Source of the DNA: Eledone cirrhosa
Lineage: Eukaryota
Assembly: GCA_964016885.1 (NCBI GenBank)
Contig: OZ024746.1
Coordinates: 56,606,001 to 56,670,000 of the forward strand
Length of the DNA stretch: 64,000 bases
Direction of reading: 5' to 3'
The notes under the pieces are model-generated. The model searched no databases. It was not told the DNA's origin and worked only from the letters and a program-made list of their open reading frames with translations. Positions 29,331 to 44,561 of the stretch are shown piece by piece. The translations under genes and the position numbers were made by a program. The stretch's first letter is position 1. Every line of letters starts with the position of its first letter.

Positions 29331-30008
29331 AATATAATATAATATAATATAATATAATATAAAATATGGGAGAAATCTGTTGCAAATGATTTATTGACTG
29401 GAGAATTATATACAGGAATAGCCGCAGTGGCGAGAAGAAAAGATTCACAAGCATAAAATTTCTGTTGGCGAATCTTTATTTAGAATATTGTAATCAAGGA
29501 CATATTGAGATAATACATTTTGGTATAAGCCCCGTCATTTTGACGAGCATAAAATGTATATATACATATTTATGTATTGCGATATTACAAATAGCAATAT
29601 ATGTGTATGTTTGACTGTATGTGGAAAATTCATTAATAAATATCGAACCATAGAAATCGTCGAACACATTTCTAATTTAGGTGCTAAATATCTCGAATGT
29701 TTAATTTTAATTAAAATTCTGATGACACTAAAAATAAAGTTATTTGATAAATTGAACGCATTTTCCATTCCATAAAATGGCTAGAATTATGGATTTCTGC
29801 TAGACGCCACTTATTACCAATTGATTAATTCTTAATGTTTGATATATGCAATATTAGTGGAAGTTTTCCATAAATGTTAAAAACAATGAATATTAAATAT
29901 TTATCACAAGTTTGGGGGTTATCGACTTATTCGTTTTACATTCTGCCATTCCTAAAAAAAATATTCAGTCTCGTAGGTGGTTCCTGCATACATATTCACG
30001 CACGCACG

Positions 30009-30098
<90 letters not shown>

Positions 30099-30107
30099 TA
30101 CATACAT

Positions 30108-30160
<53 letters not shown>

Positions 30161-30239
30161 GAGAGAGAGAGATAGAGTTAGGGGTGTAACAAGAGCACTC
30201 AATACTGTTACGAGGTCCGTTTCGTTTAGGTTGTATTCC

Positions 30240-30522
30240 AGTGTTGCCCTACAATACACTTGCTAAAAGGTGGGTGAATGATACAAGCATGGCCCGTGCG
30301 AGTGGGCCTCCTTTCAGCATGCACCTATAGGGTGGCTGATTTAGAGAAAGTGATGTAACTATTGGAGCGTCGGGATGTTCACGGCTCACCCCAGTGCTGT
30401 ACTCACTCTATTGTGTAGTGTGTATTGTGTATTGTTTACTCAATTTTTCTGTAAAACTCCCACTGACGCTGTCATTTGTATAGTCCCCTATATATCGGCT
30501 CTTGTGGCTAATAAATGAAACC
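30240..30522 (+). mobile_element. 5'-truncated Tx1 3' fragment
   Basis: Translates KRWVNDTSMARASGPPFSMHL*, matching the ORF2 C-terminus; ends CTTGTGGCTAATAAATGAAA. Confidence 0.8.
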
Positions 30523-30529
30523 GTTATTG

Positions 30530-31048
30530 TGGACCGGCAGAATATCAGAGCTTCGAACAAAATGCTTAGCGGTATATAGTTTCGGCCATTCCTTCTGAGT
30601 TCAAATCCCGCCGAGGTTAGCTTTTGCCTTTCATCCTTATTTGGTCGATAAAATATCGTACCAGTCACGTACTGGGGTCGGTGTAATCGACTATCCCCTC
30701 CCCAAAAATTGCCGGCATTGAGCCTTTAGTAGAGATCATTATTAACATTATCATCCTTACGGTTGTCAATAAAATAAAGTACCAGTAATGCACTTTTTAT
30801 TTACTGGCCTTGTGCCAAAAGTAGAAATAATTATTAATATTAATACCAATCCACCGCAAAGGGCGGGGGATTGGCAGTATCCTTAGAGGGTCTGATGCCA
30901 TGCTTTGATCATAGTTTCCTTGCAATTCTGAGTTCAAATCCCGCCGAGGTTAAATTTGCCTTTCATCCTTACGGGGTCGATAAAATAAAGTACCAGTAAT
31001 GCACTGGATAATTGCTGGCCTTGTGCCAAAAAGTAGAAACAATTATTA
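30530..31048 (+). mobile_element. Cluster of three tandem SINE copies (30530-30740, 30750-30835 partial, 30860-31048)
   Basis: Repeated B box, core and GCCTTGTGCCAAAAGTAGAAA tail. Confidence 0.82.
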
Positions 31049-31370
31049 ATATTATCATATATGTGGATTAGATTATTTTCACGCGTCTTATTCAGTTTTC
31101 TTTATATGTATATATTTTATCATTTTATATATTTTATATATTTTATATATTGATAAAGAAGTTGATTTCTGCATTGTTGTAGATTCTGTCAAAAATGATG
31201 CCCGTTGTTGATGTTGATATTGTCGCTGTACAGTGCGAAACCATAGTACTGTTTGTAAATACTCTTCGATAAGCTAGATGTATTTATCTTTTTTTACTAA
31301 GCGAACTTGAATTAATGAATATATTATATGATACACGAATCACAGAATACACATTCCTCTCTTTCTATCG

Positions 31371-31407
<37 letters not shown>

Positions 31408-31544
31408 AAAAGGGATGACCCCCATACCTTTTCCTATTACCCACTCTACTACTCTAAGTATTCAGTACTCTGGTGCGTTATAGTCCACATGGTTCCTTAC
31501 CACAATTCCTTCGTTCTATATATATATATATATCAAAGGTATAT

Positions 31545-32038
31545 ATTGAGTTAGGAACTCAAAATAGTCTCTTACAATAAAATAGCTCTAAGAAAGAGAT
31601 ATTTCCGAGCCGTATATTATAATAGAAAATAAAATAAAAACGAACACAGACATATACATATATGTGTTCAAATCGTTAAGGACCAGATTCGCTAAGGTGA
31701 AAAGAATTCTAACTATAGACAATTGGGTACGCTAGTCTGAAATTAAGAAAACATTAAGAAAATAAATACAAACCGGGATTGTGGTAACTACCAATCACCC
31801 AGACAACTTGTTGTTGTTTCGCAAAGTTAATTGTGAATAGAAATACCAAACCAAGCTCATCAGTGGGTGATGAGTTAGTATCCTAGACACATATAAGTAT
31901 GCTATTCATAAAATTGAGACAGGCGAACCCAATTGTCTATAGTTAGAATTCTTTCACCTTAGCGAATCAGATCCCTTACGACTTGAATACAATAATGTAT
32001 ATGTCTGTTCGTTTTTCTTTTATATTCTATTATATACG
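31545..32038 (-). mobile_element. Inverted-repeat mini-element (family F), arms ~31612-31740 / 31915-32038
   Basis: Inverted arms, HHR in the spacer, TA-rich flanks. Confidence 0.8.
31794..31871 (-). ncRNA. Type I hammerhead ribozyme, complete canonical core
   Basis: Stem I AUCACCCA/UGGGUGAU (8 bp), CUGAUGAG..CGAAA, stem III ACAAC/GUUGU, GUC triplet. Confidence 0.88.
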
Positions 32039-32048
32039 AGTATATATG

Positions 32049-32740
<692 letters not shown>

Positions 32741-33025
32741 TTTCTTTCTCCGTAACATTTATATTCCAATTTTAAATGTACACATATGTATATATACATA
32801 TGTATATATATATATGAAAAAATTCCGTACCTCGACATTCGGATTTCACCTGTTGAAAGGGCCAGAGTTCAGTCCTCGGGGTCCTTAATTTGCTCCTATT
32901 ACCCACTCTACTACCGCAAGTATCGAGTACTTTAACTGGTTTTTACCGCCTCCAATTTGATACATATATCTTCTTCTCCTTCTTCTTCTTCTTCTTCTTC
33001 TTCTTTTTTTTATTCTTCTTCTTCA

Positions 33026-33070
<45 letters not shown>

Positions 33071-33099
33071 GCTGCTGCTACTGCTGCTGCTGCTGCTGC

Positions 33100-33460
33100 T
33101 AATTCGCCTATATATTCATGGGAACGTCGTGGGGACACAGTCCCCCAAGACGCCTTCCAGTGATCCTGTTCGTTGCGACAGTAACCAATTGATCCATCTA
33201 GATCCCCAATTGAGACCGACTGACCTCAGGGTTTTTTTATCCCACCATCTTGATGCAGCGATTCTTTCCTTAGACATTGAGCCCGTATCCGTTGTATTCG
33301 AACTGTGATCTCTCAATTCGAAAAAGTAGCGGCTCTACCTGGATCGACTCTGATTTCCGAGTGACCCACACCATTGAGTATCGTTACTCCAAACCCTTAA
33401 GAGTAAGCCAATTTCTGTCCCATCATAATAATAACTTTATTAACAACCAGCTCGAGCGCT
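33100..33460 (-). mobile_element. Possible RTE-like LINE 3' fragment
   Basis: W..K.LRSVGL.W..RW..W pattern followed by a trinucleotide tail. Confidence 0.35.
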
Positions 33461-34111
33461 AATAATATACACCTGCCAGTATACTACTGTTAATTATAGA
33501 GTATGTAAACTCCACGGTAACGGATTACCTTTTAGTTGTTTAGATGATATACGTGCCTTCTGAGGAAAAACCGACTACGCTTCCTAATCGAAGAAAAGTT
33601 TTTATCAATTTTCAACTGAGAAAGATATAAGGTTAGTTTACATGATTAAATGTATATACAGTAAAATGTGTACATTCATATACACATCTACGCTGTTTCT
33701 GTTACTTTATTCTGTATATATCCAGATAAAACTTTAACATATGCTTCGGAATTTTAAGACACTAATTAATAGGGGGTCCTATAATTATAAGCGGTTTGGT
33801 TCACTAAAATCAATGAAAAATATTGCTTAGAGTTTGTTTCTACTTTTGATAACATGGTTATCTAAATGCATAGACCTGAGCTTAACACTCAACAACAAAA
33901 TGTACAATTACCATGCATTCTTATCATGGACTATGTCTCAAGTTTTATCTATTTTACCACTGAGTGTTATATGCTTCGGCTTTCTACCATCTGTGTACAC
34001 TTGACTCCGAGATCAATTTTACCTTTCCCAATCTCGAGTTCAATATTTAAAGAACAATTTCAGTATTGAACCGAATCTTTCACTATATTTCTTTCTTTCT
34101 TTCCTACTTAC

Positions 34112-34173
<62 letters not shown>

Positions 34174-35305
34174 CTCTCTCTCTCCCTCTCTATCTCTCTC
34201 TCTCTCTCTTATTCTCTCTCTCTCTCTTTATCTTTCTCTATCCATCTTTTTTTTCTCCCCCATTGGAAGACATAGATTGAATTCAGACCTTGTGTGTTAG
34301 GAGCTCCAAGTTTAAATACTCAAGGTATGCCGTATATCACAACAGCACTGTTAGGACTCCATCAGGTCTTCAGATCTAAAGACATGAATCCCACAATCAT
34401 TTCTCGTAGCCTGAATAGCTGCTCATTTACAAATCAATGAGTCATTCATTTCTCATGGGGTAAAGGCATTTTAGCGAAACGGCAGTAAACATTAGAAAAC
34501 ATAATTGGTTTACAAACATGAAAAGGAAATTGTACGGTGCTTTTCTATCTTGATTGGCCAGGGGTATGCAGCCATACGTAACTGGCACTGAATTCGCCTT
34601 TCCATGGCACAAGTTTTGGTTATGAGCTTTCTGGAAGACCATATGTGTTAGTGTCTTCCCCTTTCCACGCAACCGATGTTGTTTAAGCGTAATGCAAATG
34701 CCGATAAATTTTGGCATCAGTATTGTGGCAGCTGATGTTTCCAAGCTGAGTGGACTGGTTCAACGTGAAATAATACCTTGCTTAAGGTTATGACATGCCG
34801 ATGGTCAAGAAATCAAACGCATGAACGTAAGTAGGGAGGCCAGCACCCTAACCACTAAGCCATATGCCTTTACTACAGGTTTACAATCTATGTTAATATA
34901 ACATCCATTCAACTAAGATTGTTACCGGCTTTCATATTAATGTCAGGAATATCATAAATACGTAATAATCCTAGGGAGTATTCGCTCCGAAATGTATTGG
35001 CCGGATATCAGTGACCGGAAGTTATAAATAATTCAAAACGCTTCTCCGTTGTTGCAGTTGAAGAAGTGTACATTGTACGGAGACAGCTGATTTTATTGTC
35101 ATTTAAATTTCGCTAATAAAGACGACAACGATATATTATATATATATGTATGTAGGTATGTAAGTATGTATGTATGTGTGTGTGTATGTATTATGGATGT
35201 GTGTATGTATTATGTATGTATGTATGTATGTAGATGTGTTTGTATGTATTATGTATGTGTGTCTGAGTATATATATATATATATGTATATGTATATGTAT
35301 GCATG

Positions 35306-35371
<66 letters not shown>

Positions 35372-35376
35372 CATGC

Positions 35377-35444
<68 letters not shown>

Positions 35445-38400
35445 ATATATCGAATTAGCTAACGTGCAGAGTTATATGGATCAATTGACACATTACTGCA
35501 GCTCTAAGTTAGCAAGAGCCATTAGTGCATTGACATATTTCAGGGTAATTGTATCCATCCGTCCTTCCATCCATACATACATACGTACATATATGTGAAG
35601 TCACATGGCTTATGGTTAGTATGATTGTCTCAAGATGATCAGATCATGAGTTCAATTGCTGAACCTGGTACCACGTTCCGTCTTTGAACAAGACATTTTT
35701 TTTTCAGCCCATTCAGCGGTTAAAAGATTGTGTTCATGTAATTCATAAGGCTTACCTTATCATAGATGCTGCCACGATGAATCTATCTGGGAAAAAATAT
35801 ACGGATGCTGGTAATGACGAGATCCCTAATGTCTATTTCTGAATAATGATGCTTGTTAAAACTTATTTGATAGGCTTATATACGTGCGTGAATGTGTATG
35901 TGTGCACGCGTATACATGTATAAATGGCTAATTAGTTAGGAATTGTTTCCATCATTGTAATTTTGTGGATTCGATTCTCGTTGCAACCTTGTATCCTTGA
36001 GCAAGAAGTTGATTTCACAAGCCTTGATTCAATTAAAAATGAGCTGCCCTGTAATTTAAAGAGCTAACCTTGTAACATTCTCTCGCGCGTTGAATTTCCC
36101 TGATTCTCCTGTGCGGGTTTCTGACCTTCCTCAAAATAGACAGATGACAGAACTACCATCTCCGTGACCCATCGATGCACCGTGCGTCACCATTTAATCT
36201 GGAATCTCCCTGGGAAATGGACGTACCAAGGTTGGTCATACCACAAGCGAAGGTCCAGACGGTATCGTTCTCTCGGACGTACGAGACACGCATAATCCCT
36301 TGCCATAAATGAACCCCTTTTGATTTCTATAAGATTTTGAATTATTTCGTCTTAGCAATTTGTTTTGATTTGTGAGTGGAAAAGATTCAAAAATTTATAG
36401 ATTATACACTTAACACGATCGGCCCAGAAGACATATATACATACAGAACAAAGGCTGGTGGGCTCAATTCAATACGCGTGACCGATATGTGTATATAAAA
36501 CAGAATGTGTATATATAAAATAGACGAAAGACTGAAGACAAATGGGTTTTCAAAAACAAAGATTCTACAGAGACAAAATGAAATATACTTATAATAAATG
36601 TAAGAAGAATTGAAAGGGAGTAATTTAGAAGAAACCATGGAGAAAATGAAGTGAAAAGATATAAATATTTAGAAGAAACGGTGGAGAAAATGAGATTAAG
36701 ATACATAAATATTTATAATAATTTGGACAGCTGATCGGTACCAAATAAACATTATATTCGAGTTCTTTTAATAATTTGAGAAAAGAGAAAGAATTCTTCA
36801 TGTTCATAGATTACAGATCATAGACGATTTCTTCAACACTTCTTAGCTAATAGAGGTATTTTGACCTAGAATTCGAATTAGGAAGGAGAGATACAATATA
36901 CCTATCAGATATGTGTAACACTTGAATGAATTTCTTAATAGAATCAAAGAAATTTCAATAAAGTACAATTTCAGTAGTCGAATATATTAAACGTATACAG
37001 AGAATAAATGGAATGCACTTGGTGTGGTGACGGCCTTTAGAAATATTCTCAATCCTGTCAACAATTTACCTGGATACATCTTCACGAGTTCAAATGAACA
37101 GTCTTGGAGTTATAGTTTATATTTTGGCAAATCCAACTAATTATCATCTGTTAAAAATTTGGTTCACACATCCTTCCTTTCGTTGGCGTTCCGACACAGA
37201 GAGGCGGCATTTCCTCTCAACATTTTCCTAAGTGAATGCAGGTATGGTTTGCTCCTGCTCTTAGATGAAGCTTTGCACATGAAATTACATTCAATAAAGC
37301 CTAAATAACCCCTTTCGGTTCAGCACAGTATACCAAGATTTAATGAAGAATTTTCCGTCGAAAATGCTTATGTGAATGTGAAAATTACCTTGAAAATGAC
37401 ATAACTACAAACCTTTATTTTTTTTTATTTTGTTTGGTGTTGAAATTAAATTCTTAAATTTGAAAGTTCTGCTATACCTAAAACAATTTTGAAAGCACAC
37501 CTTACAACTCCTAGAAATTATTTTTGTATAAGATATACGACAGTTGAGTGACTCTGCTATGCCATCCAAGTGAAACGTAGAACTGAATACAATACGTTTG
37601 CATTTGCATGAGGTTTCATATATGCATAACTTGCTAGGAGGCTCAACGTATTGTATTGTCTCATGCAAGCCATTTTATTATTAGAGATCATGAGGGCGGT
37701 GGATTGGAATTATTGGTGGATTGTCGGACACCTTGCTTCGCGGAATAGTGTTACGGCTCTAAACGCTCTGAGTTCAAATCCTGGCGAGGTTAGCTTTGCT
37801 TTTCATCCTTACGAGTTAGATAAAAAATGTAACAGTAACGATTTAATCGAGTTACCCCTCTCCTAAAATTGCTGACCCCATGTCTAAATCAGAAAGCATT
37901 ATTAGATATTATTCGACTGAATCTCCAAGGGAGCCCAGCCAAGGATACTCTCGAATTGTATTCATTTGTCACTTTATCAACCAATAGAGTTTTTATATAT
38001 GTTCATATTCTTCATTTTGCCCAAATATGTATTACTATATAAATCATATAACAGTAATCATTTAGTCGTGCCTAAAAGAGGTAACGCGAAGCGCTCAAAA
38101 ACGAAGGTAGTGATACGAACTTTTATTAACAATATATTATATATTGAATAAATTTCTTTTTCTGTATATATAAATATTTTATCAATACTTATAACATACA
38201 TACAAACATACAAACATACATACATACATACATACATGCATGCATGCATGCATGCATGCATGCATACATACATACATACATACATACATACATACATACA
38301 TACATACATACATACATACATGCATGCATGCATGCATGCATGCATGCATACATACATACATACATACATACATACATACATACATACATACATACATACA

Positions 38401-38912
38401 TACATACATACATACATACATACATACATACTTGCATGTAAATTCCCTTAGCATAATATTCTTATAAATATTCCTATCCTATATTTTAATGCTAGTTTCT
38501 TTCCCTATAATGTACATATGCGGAAGTATGTCTCTTTGCGTGTATGTAAACTTAGATGGTGATTCAGAGAATAAACAGGTTAATGTAAATGTAAGTAAAT
38601 ATGGGAAGCGGACTAACGATATTACGTACGTATATATTCGTCAGAACAGCAATACCTCCTACATGCTCTCTGAACTAGGCCTAAAGCATTCTAAACATTC
38701 TTGTCAAATTCATCACTAATTTCTGAAGACTGTTCCGATATTATTTATCAATAATCATTATTATTAAGTATGCAACAGTTTATAGTATCTCGAGGTGATA
38801 TATTTCTTCATCAGTGGTGTAAAAAAAAATTATATATATATATATATATATTTATCTATCTATTCATCTACCTATCTATCTATCTACCTACGTATCTCTC
38901 TCTCCCTCTCTC

Positions 38913-38997
<85 letters not shown>

Positions 38998-39440
38998 TTC
39001 ATACATCACATTACACTCTCGGCCGACATTCTAAAACAAGATAGAAGATTGATAGTAAATTATTTTGACATGTCATGTAGCAAATCAACTTTTATTAAAC
39101 AGATTGTATGAGAAATATCTGAAGGCCAATATCTCCAGCCACGGCAACTGTAAGAATGTAGGTTAAACAGTGAACATATGTAGAACATTGTCACAATAAA
39201 ATATTTAATTTACGAATCTTCTCTTTTTGTTCTTGTTTTCTTGTTTAGACTGTGTCAATGATGGAGCAACGCAATACAGTATTTGCAAACGATTGTATTG
39301 CCTCGCATGTTACATGCTCAACACTCTCTTTTCAAACTTATCAATTGACTTGCAATCCTTTCTACATATCCTACATGTTACACTATTTAATGCTCGGAAG
39401 GTACTGCAGATAGTTTTGGGGTGTGCTGTACAAATTCGTT

Positions 39441-40044
39441 AGTGGAATAAATACCATGGATAATCAGCAGACTACTGATTATTGACAGTCACGTTTCTCG
39501 GTCTATTTTCATTCATATGTATCACATTCGCAACAACGCATCACATCATCTTTTTCATTCACATATATTTTTTTCCCCTCGCTGTGGTTCGTATTTTTTC
39601 TATCAGCTTTCTGCTATACTCTTTCTCTCTCCCACTTAACGCTCCTTGTACCTCTTGCTTTCTTTCACACCCTCTGCTGGGCTCTTCCTCACACTTTCAC
39701 TCACTCACTCACTGCTACTTCCCCTCTCTCACTTCCTCCCGTCTGACATGTGTGAAAACCTTTTCTCTCTCACTATTCGCGTGGCTCGGACGTGTCTGCC
39801 TCTTCCCATCGATTCATTTGTTCGGACTTAAGTCTACAAGATTCATTGACTTGACTCTCTTTTCCTCTCTTTACATTGCATTACTACCATGGTGTTTGTT
39901 TACTTTCGCCTTCCAATTCGCTCTGTCCTGATACCTTTTTTTAGTTATGGCTCGCACTGATTTTAGGTATCTAGTCTTTAATGGGAAGAAATACCAATGA
40001 TAATCAGTAGACTACTGATGATGGACAGTCCCATTTCTGGGTCT

Positions 40045-40045
<1 letters not shown>
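39441..40045 (+). repeat. Diverged family K element, 540-bp unit with ~65-bp terminal redundancy
   Basis: ACTACTGAT at 39471 and 40011; shares TTAGTTAT.GCTCGCAC and GAAATACC landmarks. Confidence 0.7.
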
Positions 40046-40137
<92 letters not shown>

Positions 40138-40156
40138 TATATATATACATATATAT

Positions 40157-40343
40157 AACAAAGGAATTGTGGTAAGGAACCAGATTGACCATAACGCACC
40201 AGAGTACTCAATACTTAGGGTAATAGAGTGGGAAATAGGAATAGCTAAGACACCGCGGCAGAGCTCAAGCCATTTCGACCGCTATTTCTGAGTCCAGAAA
40301 TAGCCATCGAAACGGCTTGAGCTCTGCCGTCGGGGTCTTATTT

Positions 40344-40347
<4 letters not shown>
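40157..40347 (-). mobile_element. Palindromic mini-element (family C), arms 40246-40290 / 40295-40340
   Basis: Homologous to 4798-5005; (TA)n on both sides. Confidence 0.85.
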
Positions 40348-40411
<64 letters not shown>

Positions 40412-40847
40412 GCAGGCGCGTGCTGAGTAGTTAGAGAAATGGATTCGCAATCGTGAGGTTATAAGTTCGATTCCCACACCGGGAAGCAATACTTTATTTC
40501 ACTTTGCTTCTTCTACCTAGTTGCGACCGAAATACCATATTAGCAATTGGAAAGACCAATGGAAACATTATTTCCTCGGTCGGATATGAAGAAAGTCGAT
40601 CGACTGTCGATATATATATATGTATATATATATATATATGTATATAAGAAAGAATCAAGCTGTTGAAACGTCAAGAGCTCAGCCGTCGGACCCCGACGTT
40701 TTATAATATAAGCATATTCTTCTAGCCCAAGTATCGAGTACTCTGTTGTGTAATGATGTAACCAGTTTCAAACTGGATACATCCTGATTCTCATATATAT
40801 ATATAGATATATATATACATACAAACATATATACATACATACATACA

Positions 40848-40923
40848 CAGGGTGTCCGAACAATGTAGGCACACTTCAACAGCATATTAATAAATATGTG
40901 TATACATTTTTTCTGGCATCCTG
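40848..40923. mobile_element. Tiny Tc1/mariner-type MITE
   Basis: CAGGGTGTCC..GGCATCCTG-TA imperfect TIRs. Confidence 0.6.
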
Positions 40924-41310
40924 TATAAATATATATAAACATACATAACCACACACACATGTGCTTGTGAGTGATATTGCGTATATATGTTTCTACGAGA
41001 TTCGATACAATCTTGAAATACTTTTCGCGTTAATAGAGTTCTGTCAACACTGTCAGCTTTCTCAAGTTATTACGGAAGCTACTTGCTCGTAATAATGATG
41101 GTTGTGTCTAACAACTCGTTGAAACACGCATGTATATGATTAGGGTCACATTAGTTATCTGATTAAAGGACGAATATATATGAAATATATATGTGCATGT
41201 TGTTCTTGTATTTTATACATTCATTGCGTTCAGTCAGTATACACATACATATAGAAACACACAGAGGCGCAGTCACATACTCACAAAAAAGATACGTCTA
41301 AAAACATACG

Positions 41311-41344
<34 letters not shown>

Positions 41345-41380
41345 TATATATATATATACATTCATATATATATATATATA

Positions 41381-41446
<66 letters not shown>

Positions 41447-41447
41447 A

Positions 41448-41510
<63 letters not shown>

Positions 41511-41577
41511 TATGTATATATATATATGTATATATATATATTAATAAATATATATATATATTTATATATATATATAA

Positions 41578-41615
<38 letters not shown>

Positions 41616-41732
41616 TCATACATATATATATGTATATATATATATTCATATATATATATATATATATATTCACATATATATATATATATATATTCATATA
41701 TATATATATATATGAATATATATATATATATA

Positions 41733-42095
41733 TGGAAAGTTATATTTAAATTGTTGGGTTACAACGAGTAAATATTTATAACTGATATAAAAGCACTCAA
41801 CAAGTATTTGGAGTATATTTACGATATTAAATAAATGGAAATTATATTTATAAAACCATATTTATTTCATTATATATATTTCAGGGATATCATATTAAAA
41901 ATATGTTATGCCAAATCAACTTTTCAAATGCAAGTCGAACTTGAAAGGTATGTCAAATCTATCTATTTATAAGACTGTTTATATTGTATTTTGTCTGAAG
42001 AAGGCATAACATATTTTTAATATGATATCCCTGAAATATATATAATGAAATAAATATGGTTTTATAAATGTAATTTCCATTTATTTAATATCGTA
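41733..42095. mobile_element. Inverted-repeat family A element with HHR at 41987-42052 (+)
   Basis: Arms ~41818-41912 / 42003-42095; CTGAAGA at 41995, GAAA at 42033. Confidence 0.83.
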
Positions 42096-42108
42096 TATAT
42101 ATATATTC

Positions 42109-42143
<35 letters not shown>

Positions 42144-42159
42144 TTCAAATATATATATA

Positions 42160-42285
<126 letters not shown>

Positions 42286-42706
42286 GATATAGATATATAT
42301 ATATATGTATATATATATATAGATAGATAGATATAGATATACATGTGTTAGAGTACACTCATGTATGAAATTATATGATTGATGCTAGTATTGATCAGGA
42401 GACACGAAATGATTGACTGATAACGTAGGAGGACGATATATAAAGCAGATTAATATAAAATTAGAGTCATTCATGGAGCTTTGTGAAGCAGGTATAGACG
42501 GGCGATATGGTGCTATGTGTAGCATAAATTATATACGAAACATTGTATTATATGTTTGGCCAAGAATCAGGAAGGCAGTAATTACATTTTAGTAGAGTCT
42601 ATGACGTATTTCAGCCGGCGAAGGCATAGGCGTCCGCCTCGAGTACACATGCATATACTATAGCAGCTGGAAACCCCATATGCCTATATACATGTACATA
42701 TGTATG

Positions 42707-42775
<69 letters not shown>

Positions 42776-43399
42776 AGTAAGAATATTTTCGAAACAGCGA
42801 GCGAGTTTAAAATTATAAATATAAGCTATCGCCGTATGTTGACTGAAGAAATTAAAGAAATTATTTAGCCTGACAGTGGGCTTAGGAACTCTCGGAGAAA
42901 TGGAAAAACATGAGTATTGACGTACATGGTAGTCGAAATCACTTCTTTGGTTATCCAGCTTATATTTCTAATTTCAAACTCGCTCGAGTTGTTGATTGTA
43001 GTCTGGCTGTATCTGTGTCTTTCTGTGAATGTCTGCATGCAAGGGAAAACGTTTATAGGATCCTAAGTGAAATATAAATGAATCTTAAACTTAAACTAAG
43101 TATGAAGTAATAATTTTAAATTGGTGATTTGTTTTCATTGTTCGTAAAAATAGTTATTTTGTATCACATTGATGAGTTGATCTTTTATATATTTGTTTTG
43201 ATAATTATGTAAGATAATATGTTAACAATTAGATTCTATGACAAGGTCTATTGTATTGCTTGTTCAGTGTTGGTGAGTGGTAATCACGCTGGTTTTCAGC
43301 AAGTTCCATCCGTAGCCTGAATGGGTTCCAGAAATGTGAGAACACAAATTCTCATTAAAATATAATTAACTGATTATTTTGCTTTACATCTACCAGGAT

Positions 43400-44300
43400 A
43401 CATATGAAAATGTAAGCCAGAAAGACCATTTGGCTGCTTGACTCGACCCTCCTCCCAAAACCAAGTGCGCTTGAGTTTTCTCTGCCATGACGACTAACTC
43501 AAGGTGACAATTTCAGTTGCAGCAAAAACACTAACAAGATGCTCCAGAACCTATGGGATAAAGCAAATATCCCTATGAAAAGGAGAAAAAAGCATTGGCT
43601 CTTCAATCGAGAAAAGGTATACAGAGTATCAACGACGGAAGATAAAGAGATGTCAAAGATCAATGATAAAGCAAATGCAAAGCGTGAGATTTGAAAGATT
43701 ATCTCGAGGTAATTTCTAACATCTCAGGCCATGAGATTCTCGGAAAAATGATGTCCTATCTGAAGGCAAAGCTTTCATTGAGACTCAGTAATGAGAATCA
43801 GTCGTCTTCATTCATGACTGGTGTTGAAGCAGAACACAGGAGAGACATCCAGGTGAAGAAAAAATAAGATTTATGATATGAAATTGAGAGAGCGAAAGCA
43901 TCATGAAGTCAATATGTCCGAGAAAATTGCTCCGAGAAAGTTTGTCATCCAACTCAGACTTCAATGTCGATGATGATGATCATAATGAGGAATTTGTCAA
44001 GTCAGTACCGATCCAATTTTGTTGCCATGTGGGAACGGGATAAACTATCGGTACAATAAGCAAGTACTTCTTACATCATAATTGCGGAGAGGCTTCTTGG
44101 TGAAGTGTCTGAACTAACTTTCCTTCTCCCCTTCCACTGTTTATGAGCAAGAACCAGTCGCCGTGAGAAGATTGCTCAGAAAAAATCGTTATTTACTTTC
44201 GCAACTGAAGACAGATCATTAGGATGGAGAATTATGACTATCAGCTTCCCAAATCAACACAGTCGTAGATTGGATTGCAGGCACATAGTCGACTGTGATG
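43400..44300 (+). pseudogene. Degraded DNA-transposase-like remnant (hAT-like?)
   Basis: Broken frames such as MLQNLWDKANIP resemble an invertebrate transposase N-terminus. Confidence 0.3.
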
Positions 44301-44454
44301 ATGTCGTCAATATAGTATATGAATCCTTAGTTATTGTGTATGTTCCGTGTGTGAACGAAAATATATGATATGTTTCAATTCTCTTCCTGATTGAGCAGTT
44401 TTCCTTTTTACTTTTTCACACCTACGGATATTGTTACATACACATATATGCGTA

Positions 44455-44561
<107 letters not shown>

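Noticed and set aside
36400-37650. AT-rich, coding-like stretch
   Set aside because: Fragmented frames with no identifiable motif
35600-40510. tRNA-like A/B boxes at ~35600, ~35925 and ~40415
   Set aside because: No intact cloverleaf; most likely decayed SINE heads
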